From assembly GCA_027348385.1 (NCBI GenBank), contig DAIEPO010000001.1, forward strand, positions 1-54,960: DNA of 54,960 nt. Reading direction: 5' to 3'. The DNA comes from a bacterium. Its GTDB lineage: Bacteria > Patescibacteriota > Doudnabacteria > UBA920 > VMFF01. Positions 1-8,623 of this stretch are shown piece by piece. The position numbers were made by a program, and so were the translations under genes. Positions within the stretch are counted from its first letter, which is position 1. The number at the start of each line of letters is the position of its first letter. The notes beneath the pieces were generated by a model. That model was not told where the DNA came from, searched no databases, and saw nothing but the letters and a program-made list of their open reading frames with translations.

Positions 1-566
1 TTTGCCAAATCTGGCGTTATGATGGGCACAAAGCCTTCTTTAGCAAGTAATCTAAAAGCATATTCAACTAAAGCAAATTCAAGGAATACAATATCCCCAA
101 GAAGAAAATAAAATTGAGAACCAGTAACTTTCGCACCTGCTTCAAAATTTAAGAGACCAAGAGCTTTCCCCAATTCAAAATGTGTTTTTGGTTTAAAAGC
201 AAAGCTCGGCTTTGTGCCAAAAGTTTTTAATACCTTGTTATCATTTTCGGTTTCCCCTATTGGTACGTCGTCAAAGGGTAAGTTTGGAATTCCATTAAGT
301 AATCGCGAAACCTGTTCTTCTTTTTCCTTAAGAGTACCTTCTAGCCCTTGCAAAGCAATTTTAATTTGTTTTGCTTCTTCACGGTTGGCATCAGTTATTG
401 ATATTTCATTACGGCGTTTTCTCAAGTCCTCAGACTCTGCTAACAATTTTCTATACTCTAAATCTGCCACTATAAAATTATCAACCATTGATGGGTCGTA
501 TCCTTTGGTGGCTATTTTCTTTTTTACTAACTCTTTATTATCTCGTACAAATTTAATATCTATCAT
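1..566 (-). CDS. serS: seryl-tRNA synthetase, N-terminal part (gene continues past the left window edge)
   Basis: Own reverse-strand translation from ATG at 566-564: MIDIKFVRDNKELVKKKIATKGYD...FEAGAKVTGSQFYFLLGDIVFLEFALVEYAF..GFVPIITPDLA. This is the SerRS coiled-coil arm plus the start of the class II core. It is absent from the ORF track because it is open at the edge. Confidence 0.85.
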   Translation of the reverse strand, partial: MIDIKFVRDNKELVKKKIATKGYDPSMVDNFIVADLEYRKLLAESEDLRKRRNEISITDANREEAKQIKIALQGLEGTLKEKEEQVSRLLNGIPNLPFDDVPIGETENDNKVLKTFGTKPSFAFKPKTHFELGKALGLLNFEAGAKVTGSQFYFLLGDIVFLEFALVEYAFRLLAKEGFVPIITPDLA

Positions 567-687
567 ACAATTTTACTCACGACTAGCGAGTCTTGTTAAA
601 TTATTATTGAATTGACATCAGAATAAGCTACTCTCCAAATTTTTACAAATGTAATCAATACTATACAGTATCATCGTAGTAATCGTG

Positions 688-883
688 CTACCTTACTCTT
701 TTCACCCTTTCTGCGACAACCTCAATCGGTGTCTTTAAATTAATTCCCAGATGGTATCGCTCTGTATTGTAGAAAAGAATGTATTCTTGGTAAACCCTGA
801 CTAAGAGCATGATCCTTTGATGACGCGTCTGCAATCACCTAGCGTTTAACAGGAGTGAGTTTAATCCATTTGTGTATTTGCAT
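688..883 (-). pseudogene. decayed DDE transposase/integrase remnant (C-terminal rve-type tail plus possible N-terminal stub)
   Basis: Minus-strand frame ending at TAG 690-688 reads ...QEYILFYNTERYHLGINLKTPIEVVAERVKRVR*. This is the FYN-x-x-R-x-H-x-x-L-x-x-x-TP-x-E signature found at the C-terminus of IS3/IS481/IS30-type integrase cores. The frame is closed by a stop about 48 codons upstream. A separate 14-codon stub MQIHKWIKLTPVKR* starts at 883. No catalytic core is present. Confidence 0.45.
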
Positions 884-950
884 ATTGTTGCTTACACTTT
901 ACCTTAAGTTAAAAGTGTTAACAACGCGATTAATTCTTACAAATAACGAC

Positions 951-1459
951 ATGAAAAAATCCATTATTTTCATCTGCAACGGCAACATAGAACGGTCAGC
1001 AATAGCCACACAGTGTTTAAATAACCTTTTTTAAAAAAAGCGATTAACTGCAAAATACAAAACAGATTCCTTTGGTTTGCAGGGCACCAAAAATACTCCT
1101 AAGCCACTGCATAAGAAACTTAGTCAATACCCAAAAGAATACAAAGCGGCGTATCCAACACAAAAAAATTAAAGCTTGATATCAGTGAACATAATTACAA
1201 AAAAATAACTTTGTCTGCAATAAACTCTGCGACAACAATAATCGCAATGGACAAAAAAGTATATTCTTCAGCAAACAACTCCCTTTTAAAACAATTTCCT
1301 TTTGCTAAGAAAAAAATTCATATTTTTTCAGAAATAACCATCAAGCATAAAAATGTAAAAGATCCTCACGGTAGTGGAAGCTATAAAACTCACGAACAGG
1401 TTATACAACAAATTCAAAAAGCAATAAATAAAAACTACAAAGAAATTCTCCGCTGGTAA
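951..1459 (+). pseudogene. low-molecular-weight protein-tyrosine phosphatase / ArsC-like, disrupted
   Basis: ATG at 951 gives MKKSIIFICNGNIERSAIATQCLNNLF, which contains the C-x5-R-S P-loop. An in-frame TAA follows at 1032-1034 beside a T6A7 run. Homology continues (DSFGLQG) to a second stop at 1170-1172. The reading frame shifts at the A7 run 1162-1168, and the new frame gives KLKLDISEHNYKKITLSAINSATTIIAMD...DPHGS, the D-P loop, ending at 1459. Confidence 0.75.
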
Positions 1460-1496
1460 GAATAAACTTTTACTATCATAGATAAGAGAACAGCCC

Positions 1497-1548
1497 AAAA
1501 AACAAGCAAAGACCGTTCACACCTGGAGGGCATGAACGGTCTTGCTTG
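1497..1548 (-). terminator. rho-independent terminator of the GC-rich lipoprotein gene
   Basis: Near-perfect inverted repeat CAAGCA(A)AGACCGTTCA (1503-1519) / TGAACGGTCTTGCTTG (1533-1548). On the minus strand it is followed by TTTTTT (1502-1497). Confidence 0.75.
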
Positions 1549-1569
1549 AAGGAATATCTAATAGCGTAA

Positions 1570-2559
1570 CTATGGCCGGAGTCGCAGGATGAACCATAGT
1601 GGCACTTCGTTACGTTCCGAGTTCTTGAACCATTGGTAAACGTCGAGCGCGTAGTTCGCTGGGGGACCGATATGTCCGAACCAAAAAACGAAGTGATTCG
1701 GATCTTGAAATGACCCAGCACCGCTCCAAAAACTCGCATCGCCTGGGATTACTTGCGAAGTGAAAGAAAGAGTGCCCATCGTTCCCTTGAAATCAACGCC
1801 GTTGACCGACGTTACCGAGTTGCCCGTGCAAGTGACGGTCAGTTGACCCGTCCAAGCAACGTTTACACTGTCCGGTGACATACCAGAACACTTCAACGTC
1901 GGCACAATCAACGACTTGGTGATACTGGCCGAGACAAGTGAGCCGTCCTGACCAATGCAAGAAACCGTGATGGTAACCTGTCGCTTGCCATTCACAAGCA
2001 CAGGCATCGTACTGCCAGGCGTGTAGACAAGCGTGTCGCCGTCCACCGAAGCCGTAGCTTTCACGGTCTTCGGATCAGCCGTTGTTGGTGTGCCGTTGAA
2101 GACCGGCGCGCTGCAAGAGCTGATGTTCTGCTTTACGAGCGGGAACTTCGCGCTGGAGTTCAGAACGATCCCCGAATCAGGGACCAAACTTCCACTGATC
2201 ACCAGCGTCGGCTTCCCGACAACGTTGACCATGAGCGAAAGCGAGACCTTCTGCGCACCCTTGCCGTTGCCGACGAAAGTGTAAGCACTCGTCTTGGAAG
2301 GCGAAAGCTGTAGAGTCGTGTCTGACGCAACATTCACGCCAGTCTGATACTTAACGTCATTATCAGAAGTGACCGTGACGCTCGAGCAATTGCTGAAGCT
2401 GAGCTTAACCTGCGTGGTCTGACCAGCGCTGATCGTCACTTGCGACGACGGGCTGATCGATCCACTGCAAGTCTTGATGACGGGGTCGGTGATACCGGGT
2501 TCCCCGCCACAAGCCGAAAGAAACAGGCTCGCCGAGAGCAACAAATAGATATTCCGCAT
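1570..2559 (-). CDS. GC-rich lipoprotein with Cys-framed Ig-like beta repeats (compositional island)
   Basis: ORF track 339 aa. I start it at Met11 (MRNIYLLLSASLFLSAC-GG, lipobox L-S-A-C) because AAGGAGGG lies 5 nt upstream of that ATG. The body is Ser/Thr/Val-rich with paired Cys. Sampled lines are 50-58% GC, against 35-42% in the flanks. Confidence 0.7.
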   Translation of the reverse strand: MRNIYLLLSASLFLSACGGEPGITDPVIKTCSGSISPSSQVTISAGQTTQVKLSFSNCSSVTVTSDNDVKYQTGVNVASDTTLQLSPSKTSAYTFVGNGKGAQKVSLSLMVNVVGKPTLVISGSLVPDSGIVLNSSAKFPLVKQNISSCSAPVFNGTPTTADPKTVKATASVDGDTLVYTPGSTMPVLVNGKRQVTITVSCIGQDGSLVSASITKSLIVPTLKCSGMSPDSVNVAWTGQLTVTCTGNSVTSVNGVDFKGTMGTLSFTSQVIPGDASFWSGAGSFQDPNHFVFWFGHIGPPANYALDVYQWFKNSERNEVPLWFILRLRP

Positions 2560-2601
2560 GTGCCCTCCTTTTAAGGCTGCGGGGTTCATGTTGGCACTGC
2601 A

Positions 2602-2654
2602 ACAATGCAGACCAATCGTGTCTGCATTGTAGGATATTATTTAATTTTTGTCAA
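2602..2654 (-). promoter_or_regulatory. consensus sigma70-type promoter plus overlapping inverted-repeat operator candidate
   Basis: Minus strand reads TTGACA (2654-2649), a 17-nt spacer, then TACAAT (2631-2626). An 11-bp inverted repeat ACAATGCAGAC (2602-2612) / GTCTGCATTGT (2620-2630) overlaps the -10 and the predicted +1. Confidence 0.6.
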
Positions 2655-2711
2655 GTTTGCGTTTTTTATCCCTATTTTTACCACTATGTTAAACGGGATT
2701 TTTGCTGTATT

Positions 2712-4181
2712 TTAATACACTTGTAACACGGCTTTAGTTTGTGCTTGTAAATTTAAAGTAACAATTGACCCAGCAGTTGCTGTTTTAGAATCTGAGTAAG
2801 CAGTAGCTTTCCAAACTTGCCCATTAACCAAAACGCGAACAGAACCATCTTGACCAGGCTTTGCTATTATCGAATAAGTTCCTGGACTCAAATTGCTAAA
2901 AGTTCCTGTAGAACTACCAGGTATTGTACTAACTCCACTAATAACAAATCCATCGGGAAATGCTGCAGCAGAAACAACTACTCCATTAACTATAGCATTG
3001 ACGTTTACTGTTACATTTGACACTGGTGTATAACTAGCAACCGCGACTCGTTCAATTGCTATAGTACCATTTGGTGCAGTACTCCAAGCATCAATGAAAT
3101 AAGTCATTGATGTCACGGTGCTAGACACTTCATTGGCAGCAGTAGTTGCTGTTAAGACGCCGGTATAATTTGAAATTTGAGACAATTGCGATGTGCCATT
3201 AAAGCCAAAGTACCCACCGGTAATTTTTGCATTGGTACAGTTAGCAACAGAAAAACTTACTGTTACGCTTAGGTTAGCATTAACTGTAGCAGATTGATTT
3301 GTAATTTCACAAGCAGCTGTTTTAATAATAGTCACTTTTTGTCGTGGTTCATTCGGAGCTGTAAATAGATAATAATCTGTACTGTTCGCAGTGACATTCA
3401 CGAGATAACCATCTGTTGGATTATTCACAGGGACAGGAATAAAACTATTAGTAGGATCAATTATATAAGCATTAGTGCAATTGGTCGTTGTCCAATATAA
3501 CCTGCTGGCGTCAGTCGTAGGGTTAGGCGACGCTGTGAAAGTGTTTATCGCACAGGAAGCGGAACTAACAGTAATGGTAACTGAAGCAGTTGCAGCACCA
3601 AAAGACCCTGTTATGGTATAAGTTGTAGTGGCTGTTGGAGTCACAGATTTACTTGTAAGCCCAGTAACATCACCAACACCATTATCAATAGACAAGGTGG
3701 AACAATTTTGAGCTGACCATGTTAAGAGCGCAGATTGACCACTACTAATCGTTAAAGATGTTGATGTGAAATTGCTCAAAACACACGAATTACCTCCTTG
3801 AGTAACAGGGATGGTAATACTAGCTACAGTTGTACCAGTTTCATCTACCAAGAGATAGGTCGGATTGGTGCCTGTATATAGCAAGGGAGCAGTGGTGTAA
3901 CTGTCTATTGGATAAACGCTTGTATACAAAGGGTCTGTCAAAAAACGGCTAGACTGTAAATAAATGGTTACTGATGCGCATCCTGTTTGTGTCCAACCAA
4001 TTGTTGCAATGTTCCCTGAGGCAACGACACTAGGAGTTGCTAGAAGCGAATTAATGACACAGCTATTGGCTTGAGCAGATTTGGGTGCAAAATCAAAAGA
4101 GCCTAAAAACAAAGCTAAAATAATAAACAAAAATATATTTGGTTTAAAAAGTTTTTTAAACATAAGATTAAAAGATTGCAT
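2712..4181 (-). CDS. secreted repeat protein: four Cys-framed Ig-like modules plus C-terminal PEGA/carboxypeptidase-regulatory-like domain
   Basis: ORF track 489 aa. Signal peptide is MFKKLFKPNIFLFIILALFLGSFDFAPKSAQA-NS. Four modules begin at SC/AC and close at NC(S/T): CVINS...WTQTGCASVTI, CVLSNF..TISSGQSALLTWSAQNCSTLSI, CAINTF...WTTTNCTNAYI, CEITN...FSVANCTNAKI. The tail reads GTFSNLSPGTYSIIAKPGQDG. Confidence 0.7.
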   Translation of the reverse strand: MQSFNLMFKKLFKPNIFLFIILALFLGSFDFAPKSAQANSCVINSLLATPSVVASGNIATIGWTQTGCASVTIYLQSSRFLTDPLYTSVYPIDSYTTAPLLYTGTNPTYLLVDETGTTVASITIPVTQGGNSCVLSNFTSTSLTISSGQSALLTWSAQNCSTLSIDNGVGDVTGLTSKSVTPTATTTYTITGSFGAATASVTITVSSASCAINTFTASPNPTTDASRLYWTTTNCTNAYIIDPTNSFIPVPVNNPTDGYLVNVTANSTDYYLFTAPNEPRQKVTIIKTAACEITNQSATVNANLSVTVSFSVANCTNAKITGGYFGFNGTSQLSQISNYTGVLTATTAANEVSSTVTSMTYFIDAWSTAPNGTIAIERVAVASYTPVSNVTVNVNAIVNGVVVSAAAFPDGFVISGVSTIPGSSTGTFSNLSPGTYSIIAKPGQDGSVRVLVNGQVWKATAYSDSKTATAGSIVTLNLQAQTKAVLQVY

Positions 4182-4184
4182 CGA

Positions 4185-4640
4185 TTATCTTCCTTTCTTC
4201 ACGGTGCTAATAATGATCTGTGTAGTTGTCTCTGTTAATTGTTGTATGAGAACATTAACATCGCCTTCGGATTTTGTACCATATATGTTGGCAACTGTTG
4301 GTTGTAATCTTTGATTAACGATCACATAATTATTATCCCTAAGATATTTATCTGCTTTTAAATAGGCAATAATCACTTTATCTTTAGATACATACTCTGC
4401 TGTATATTGCTTGGCAGAACGGCCATAATCAATTGAGTAGCTTTCTGTAATTTTTTTAGCATCAAAAACTAAATCTACCGGAAAACCAGAGATAACCTGA
4501 CCCTCTGCTGCATCAGTTCTAGGAAAAACTTTTGGTTTGTTAGCTTGGTTGTACCAATATGTTAATCCTCCCAAAAGCACAATCAAAACAATGATTGCCA
4601 AAAAACGCATTAGTTGCGTATTTTTACCTGTATATTCCAT
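4185..4640 (-). CDS. N-terminally membrane-anchored hypothetical protein, translationally coupled to the repeat protein
   Basis: ORF track 151 aa. One TM helix (FLAIIVLIVLLGGLTYWY). Its stop lies 3 nt before the next start. Confidence 0.6.
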   Translation of the reverse strand: MEYTGKNTQLMRFLAIIVLIVLLGGLTYWYNQANKPKVFPRTDAAEGQVISGFPVDLVFDAKKITESYSIDYGRSAKQYTAEYVSKDKVIIAYLKADKYLRDNNYVIVNQRLQPTVANIYGTKSEGDVNVLIQQLTETTTQIIISTVKKGR

Positions 4641-4769
4641 ATGGCGATGTTATGATGATGTTTAATTTTATGTTTGTGTCGCTTGTCCCTCTAAACTACG
4701 CCTGAAATATACCATAGAAAACTGCAAAACCACAAACTATGAACATCCAGACCTTTTTAAACCCCTTGG

Positions 4770-6377
4770 TTATACCAGCTTTTCTTCTAGAATTGGTATT
4801 AAACTGACTCCTGTCATCTGCTCTGGTTTAGGCATACCAAAGAGTTCAAGAATTGTTGGTGCAATATCAGAAAGTGCTCCTTCTGGCATAAACCCAGCTA
4901 GAGTGTCATATTCAACACTCGCCGGTTTTGGTCTTTTAAACTCATTTGCAATTAAAACAAAAGGAACTGGTGAAGTGGTATGATCTTTGTTAATCTCCCC
5001 CGTGTTTACGTTGTTCATCAGCTCTGCATTACCGTGGTCTGCGGTTATAATTAAAACGCCTTGGAGGGGTAAGATTGCTGCTGCAATTTTACCAATCTCT
5101 TCATCCATCGCCTTTATCGCATCAATTGTGGCGTTAAGATTTCCCGTGTGTCCTACCATATCTGCGTTGGCAAAGTTTACAACATAGAAACTGTCATCAC
5201 CGTGATTAATGCGATCAATTAAAGTATCAGCAAGTCTGGCGACTGACATTTCTGGTCGATCAGCATAGTTGTTTGAGTTATCAGGGCTTGAAATGATCAC
5301 GCGCTCTTCTCCTACTAGTGGATCCATTTTACCACCATTGAAAAAAGATGTGACGTGTGCGAACTTTTCACTCTCTGCAGCATGGAATTGTTTTAAGCCT
5401 GCTTTTGAAACAAGACTTGCAATATCATTGTCAATTGTAATTGGTCCAAAAGCAACATCTACCTTTAAATCGGGCATGTATGAAGTCATTGTCACAAAAC
5501 AAAGATTTTCTAAAGCTTGATGTCTTTGTGGTAGCTCCATTTTTTCAGGCGCAACAAAAGCAACAGTTAACTGCATTGCACGATCTTGTCTAAAGTTAAA
5601 GAAAATAACTGCATCGTTTGCTTCAATTTTTGCAACAGGTTTATCACCTTCCATGATTACTGTAGGCTTAATCATTTCATCAAAAACACCCTTAGCATAG
5701 TTGGTTGCAATTGCATCCATCGGGCTAATTGATTTTTCACCAACTCCATTGACCATCGCGCTATATGCCATTTCTGTTTGCTGCCAATGCCCGCCTCTGT
5801 CCATGGCATAGAATCTACCAGAAATTGTTGCAACTTTACCAACACCGATTTGTGCTACTTTGTTGTGTAGTTTCTCTAAGGTTGAAAGCGCAACTTTTTC
5901 ATCTGTGTCTCTACCATCTGTAATCATGTGAATGTAGGTATTTTGAATACCTTGCTCTGCAGCTAGCCCAAGCAATGCAAAAAGATGTTCGTCATAGCTA
6001 TGCACACCACCTGGACTTACCATGCCCAAGAGATGCAGCTTGGAATTGTTTTTCTTAACATGCTCGCATGCTTTTAAAAACATCGGGTTTTTAAAAAACT
6101 CTCCGCTTTGAATGCTTGCTGTAATACGTGGTAAATCTTGGGCTATGATTCTGCCTGCTCCAATGTTTAAGTGTCCAACCTCTGAATTACCCATTTCACC
6201 CCAAGGCAAACCAACTAAAGGTCCTGATGCTTGTAAAGTAATACTAGGGTAATTTGCCAGTAGGTTGTTTAAATGCGCAGGACTAGCCTGAGAAATGGCA
6301 TTACCTCTTGATTTGGAAGCAACACCAAAACCATCAAGTACAAGTAAAACTATTTTTTTGTAATGTGGTATTTCCAT
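4770..6377 (-). CDS. gpmI: 2,3-bisphosphoglycerate-independent phosphoglycerate mutase
   Basis: 535 aa; LLVLDGFG, NSEVGHLNIGAGR and ITADHGNAE motifs. Confidence 0.93.
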   Translation of the reverse strand: MEIPHYKKIVLLVLDGFGVASKSRGNAISQASPAHLNNLLANYPSITLQASGPLVGLPWGEMGNSEVGHLNIGAGRIIAQDLPRITASIQSGEFFKNPMFLKACEHVKKNNSKLHLLGMVSPGGVHSYDEHLFALLGLAAEQGIQNTYIHMITDGRDTDEKVALSTLEKLHNKVAQIGVGKVATISGRFYAMDRGGHWQQTEMAYSAMVNGVGEKSISPMDAIATNYAKGVFDEMIKPTVIMEGDKPVAKIEANDAVIFFNFRQDRAMQLTVAFVAPEKMELPQRHQALENLCFVTMTSYMPDLKVDVAFGPITIDNDIASLVSKAGLKQFHAAESEKFAHVTSFFNGGKMDPLVGEERVIISSPDNSNNYADRPEMSVARLADTLIDRINHGDDSFYVVNFANADMVGHTGNLNATIDAIKAMDEEIGKIAAAILPLQGVLIITADHGNAELMNNVNTGEINKDHTTSPVPFVLIANEFKRPKPASVEYDTLAGFMPEGALSDIAPTILELFGMPKPEQMTGVSLIPILEEKLV

Positions 6378-7591
6378 TATTCTCCTAATGCTTTTAACCC
6401 AGGTAAACTCTCACCTGCTAAATATTCTAAAGTTGCCCCACCTGCTGTTGAAACAAAATCAATTTGTTCTAAAAGTCGTGCTTTATTTAATGCATCTAGT
6501 GTATCTCCGCCCCCAACAATGCCGTAAGCAAAGCCTTTGCAGCGTGCTGCAAAGATTAAAGCTAGGCTCATTGTGCCGTGTGAAAACTTCTTTTCTTCAA
6601 ACAAACCCATTGGTCCATTCCAAACCATTTTTTTAGACTCCTTAACAATCTTTGAAAAAAGCAGAGTTGTTTGTGGCCCAATATCTAAAATTGCCTCATC
6701 TTTTAAAACCTCTGTTGGTTTACAAACTCTAACCTGTTCATGGTCTGTTGCTTTTGCAACAACAACGTCAACCGGTAAAACAATTCTGTCTTTGTAATTA
6801 CGCATTAAATCACTAGCAACTTCTAACTCCTCTTTTTCACAAAGTGACTGACCGATTTCAAAGCCTTGGCTTAAGAAAAAAAGATTTGCAGGTCCTCCAC
6901 CAACAAGCACATACTGCGCGCTCTTCCCCAGGTTTTTTATGGCACCAACTTTGTCTGATATTTTAGCACCTCCAATAATTACAGTGAAAGGATTTGCTTG
7001 GAGTGTTAAAAGTTTGTTTAAAGCATTTAATTCTTTTTCAACATTTAAACCAGCAAAGCTAGGAATATATTTAGGTAATAAAGAGATTGACGCTTCATTT
7101 CGATGCATCATTGCAAAAGCATCGTTTACAAATATTTCAGCAAGACTTGAAAGTAGTTTTGCGAATACAGGGCTTGGTTCTTCTTCTTGTGTATAGAAGC
7201 GAAGGTTTTCTAGAATGACAATGTTTTTCTTAGAAAGTTTTTTAACAGTTTCGACTGATCCTTCTTTAGATATATCTCCCTCAAAAAAAACAACCTCATT
7301 AAAATACTGATCAGAATATTCTTTTGTTGAAACAAAGTTCTTAGAAAGAAGTTTTGCAAGATATTCTGCAATTGGTTTTAAAGAATATTCTTCTAGCCAA
7401 CCTTTTGGTCTACCACTTTTTGAAATGATAATTAAAGCAACGCCCTGTTTAACTAAGTACTCAATACTTGGTATTGCTGCCTTTATTCTAGAATCATCCA
7501 AAACCTTAATAGCTTCTCTGGGCACATCTAAATCAGCGCGCAAAAGCACGCTTTTTCCAAGGAGACTGTTTTGGGAGCTTAAAAACTTCAT
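6377..7591 (-). CDS. pgk: phosphoglycerate kinase
   Basis: 404 aa; RADLDVP..DDSRI, GRPKG and GGGDT..A motifs; overlaps the gpmI start. Confidence 0.92.
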   Translation of the reverse strand: MKFLSSQNSLLGKSVLLRADLDVPREAIKVLDDSRIKAAIPSIEYLVKQGVALIIISKSGRPKGWLEEYSLKPIAEYLAKLLSKNFVSTKEYSDQYFNEVVFFEGDISKEGSVETVKKLSKKNIVILENLRFYTQEEEPSPVFAKLLSSLAEIFVNDAFAMMHRNEASISLLPKYIPSFAGLNVEKELNALNKLLTLQANPFTVIIGGAKISDKVGAIKNLGKSAQYVLVGGGPANLFFLSQGFEIGQSLCEKEELEVASDLMRNYKDRIVLPVDVVVAKATDHEQVRVCKPTEVLKDEAILDIGPQTTLLFSKIVKESKKMVWNGPMGLFEEKKFSHGTMSLALIFAARCKGFAYGIVGGGDTLDALNKARLLEQIDFVSTAGGATLEYLAGESLPGLKALGE

Positions 7592-7596
7592 AGGGG

Positions 7597-8616
7597 CTAT
7601 TTCCCTGCTACCATAATCACTTCTTCAACCAAACGGTTAGAATACCCAAATTCATTGTCATACCAGGCAACCACCTTAACAAAGTCCCCATCAATGACCT
7701 CTGTAAGGCCTAAATCTACGATTGCTGAGCTTGGATTGCCAACTATGTCAGAAGATACCAAAGGCTCATTAGAAACGCTTAAAATGCCTTTAAAACGGCT
7801 CTGTTTAGAAGCATCAATGAATGCCTGATTTAGCTGTTCTTTTGTTGTTTTTTTCTTAAGTAAAACAACGAAATCTGAAAGAGAACCTACTGCTGTTGGC
7901 ACACGTATGGAAAGACCATGGAATAGCCCTTTTAGCTCTGGAATTGCCTCAGTTGCAGCAATGGTTGCGCCTGTTGATGTTGGTACAATGTTTTGTGCAG
8001 CTGCTCTGGCTCTACGTAAATCTTTTGAGTGCCCTCCTGGAGGAGGTCCATCAACTAAGTTTTGCTCAGCTGTGTATGAATGTACTGTTGTCATCATTAT
8101 CTTTTTAACCCCAAACTTCTCTGTTAAAATCTGAACTACAGGAGTGATACAGTTTGTTGTGCAAGATGCATTTGAAATGATTTTTTCACCATTATAGTCC
8201 TGGTCATTAACTGAAAGCACAAATGTTTTTGTTTGAGAATCTTTTGCTGGTGATGAAATGACAACTTTTTTAGCACCTGCTTTAATATGCGCGCCTGCTG
8301 TTTCTGCAGTGGTAAATCTACCTGTTGATTCAATGACAACATTTACTTTCATTTTAGCCCAAGGAAGTCTGCTTGGATCTTTTTCTGAGAGAACCAAGAT
8401 CTTTTTACCATCAACTATGATGTGTTTTTCATCAAAGCTTACTTCCTTGCTGTAAATTCCGTAATTACTGTCATATTTTAAAAGATGTGCTAATATCTCT
8501 GGACTTGTTAAATCATTGATCGCAACTACTTCTATTTCTTTTTTTTCAAAAGCAATTTTAAAAGCCTGTCTGCCGATTCTGCCAAAGCCATTTATCGCAA
8601 TATTTATTTTCTCCAT
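7597..8616 (-). CDS. gap: glyceraldehyde-3-phosphate dehydrogenase
   Basis: 339 aa; INGFGRIGR, active-site SNASCTTNC and WYDNEFGYS. Confidence 0.95.
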   Translation of the reverse strand: MEKINIAINGFGRIGRQAFKIAFEKKEIEVVAINDLTSPEILAHLLKYDSNYGIYSKEVSFDEKHIIVDGKKILVLSEKDPSRLPWAKMKVNVVIESTGRFTTAETAGAHIKAGAKKVVISSPAKDSQTKTFVLSVNDQDYNGEKIISNASCTTNCITPVVQILTEKFGVKKIMMTTVHSYTAEQNLVDGPPPGGHSKDLRRARAAAQNIVPTSTGATIAATEAIPELKGLFHGLSIRVPTAVGSLSDFVVLLKKKTTKEQLNQAFIDASKQSRFKGILSVSNEPLVSSDIVGNPSSAIVDLGLTEVIDGDFVKVVAWYDNEFGYSNRLVEEVIMVAGK

Positions 8617-8623
8617 TTTTTTG

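Noticed and set aside
214-615. 133-aa plus-strand ORF from the track
   Set aside because: It lies antisense to a clear seryl-tRNA synthetase N-terminus on the minus strand. Its Ser/Leu/Phe-rich composition is typical of shadow ORFs.
1476-2605. Overlapping ORFs inside GC island 1 (1476-1739 minus, 2033-2284 plus, 2405-2605 minus)
   Set aside because: High GC suppresses stop codons in all frames. Only the 1570-2559 frame has an SD, a lipobox and a repeat architecture.
4641-4769. Promoter or ncRNA in the gpmI-downstream spacer
   Set aside because: Only a weak extended -10-like TGGTATATT is present, with no convincing -35 and no stable hairpin. The evidence is not strong enough to call.
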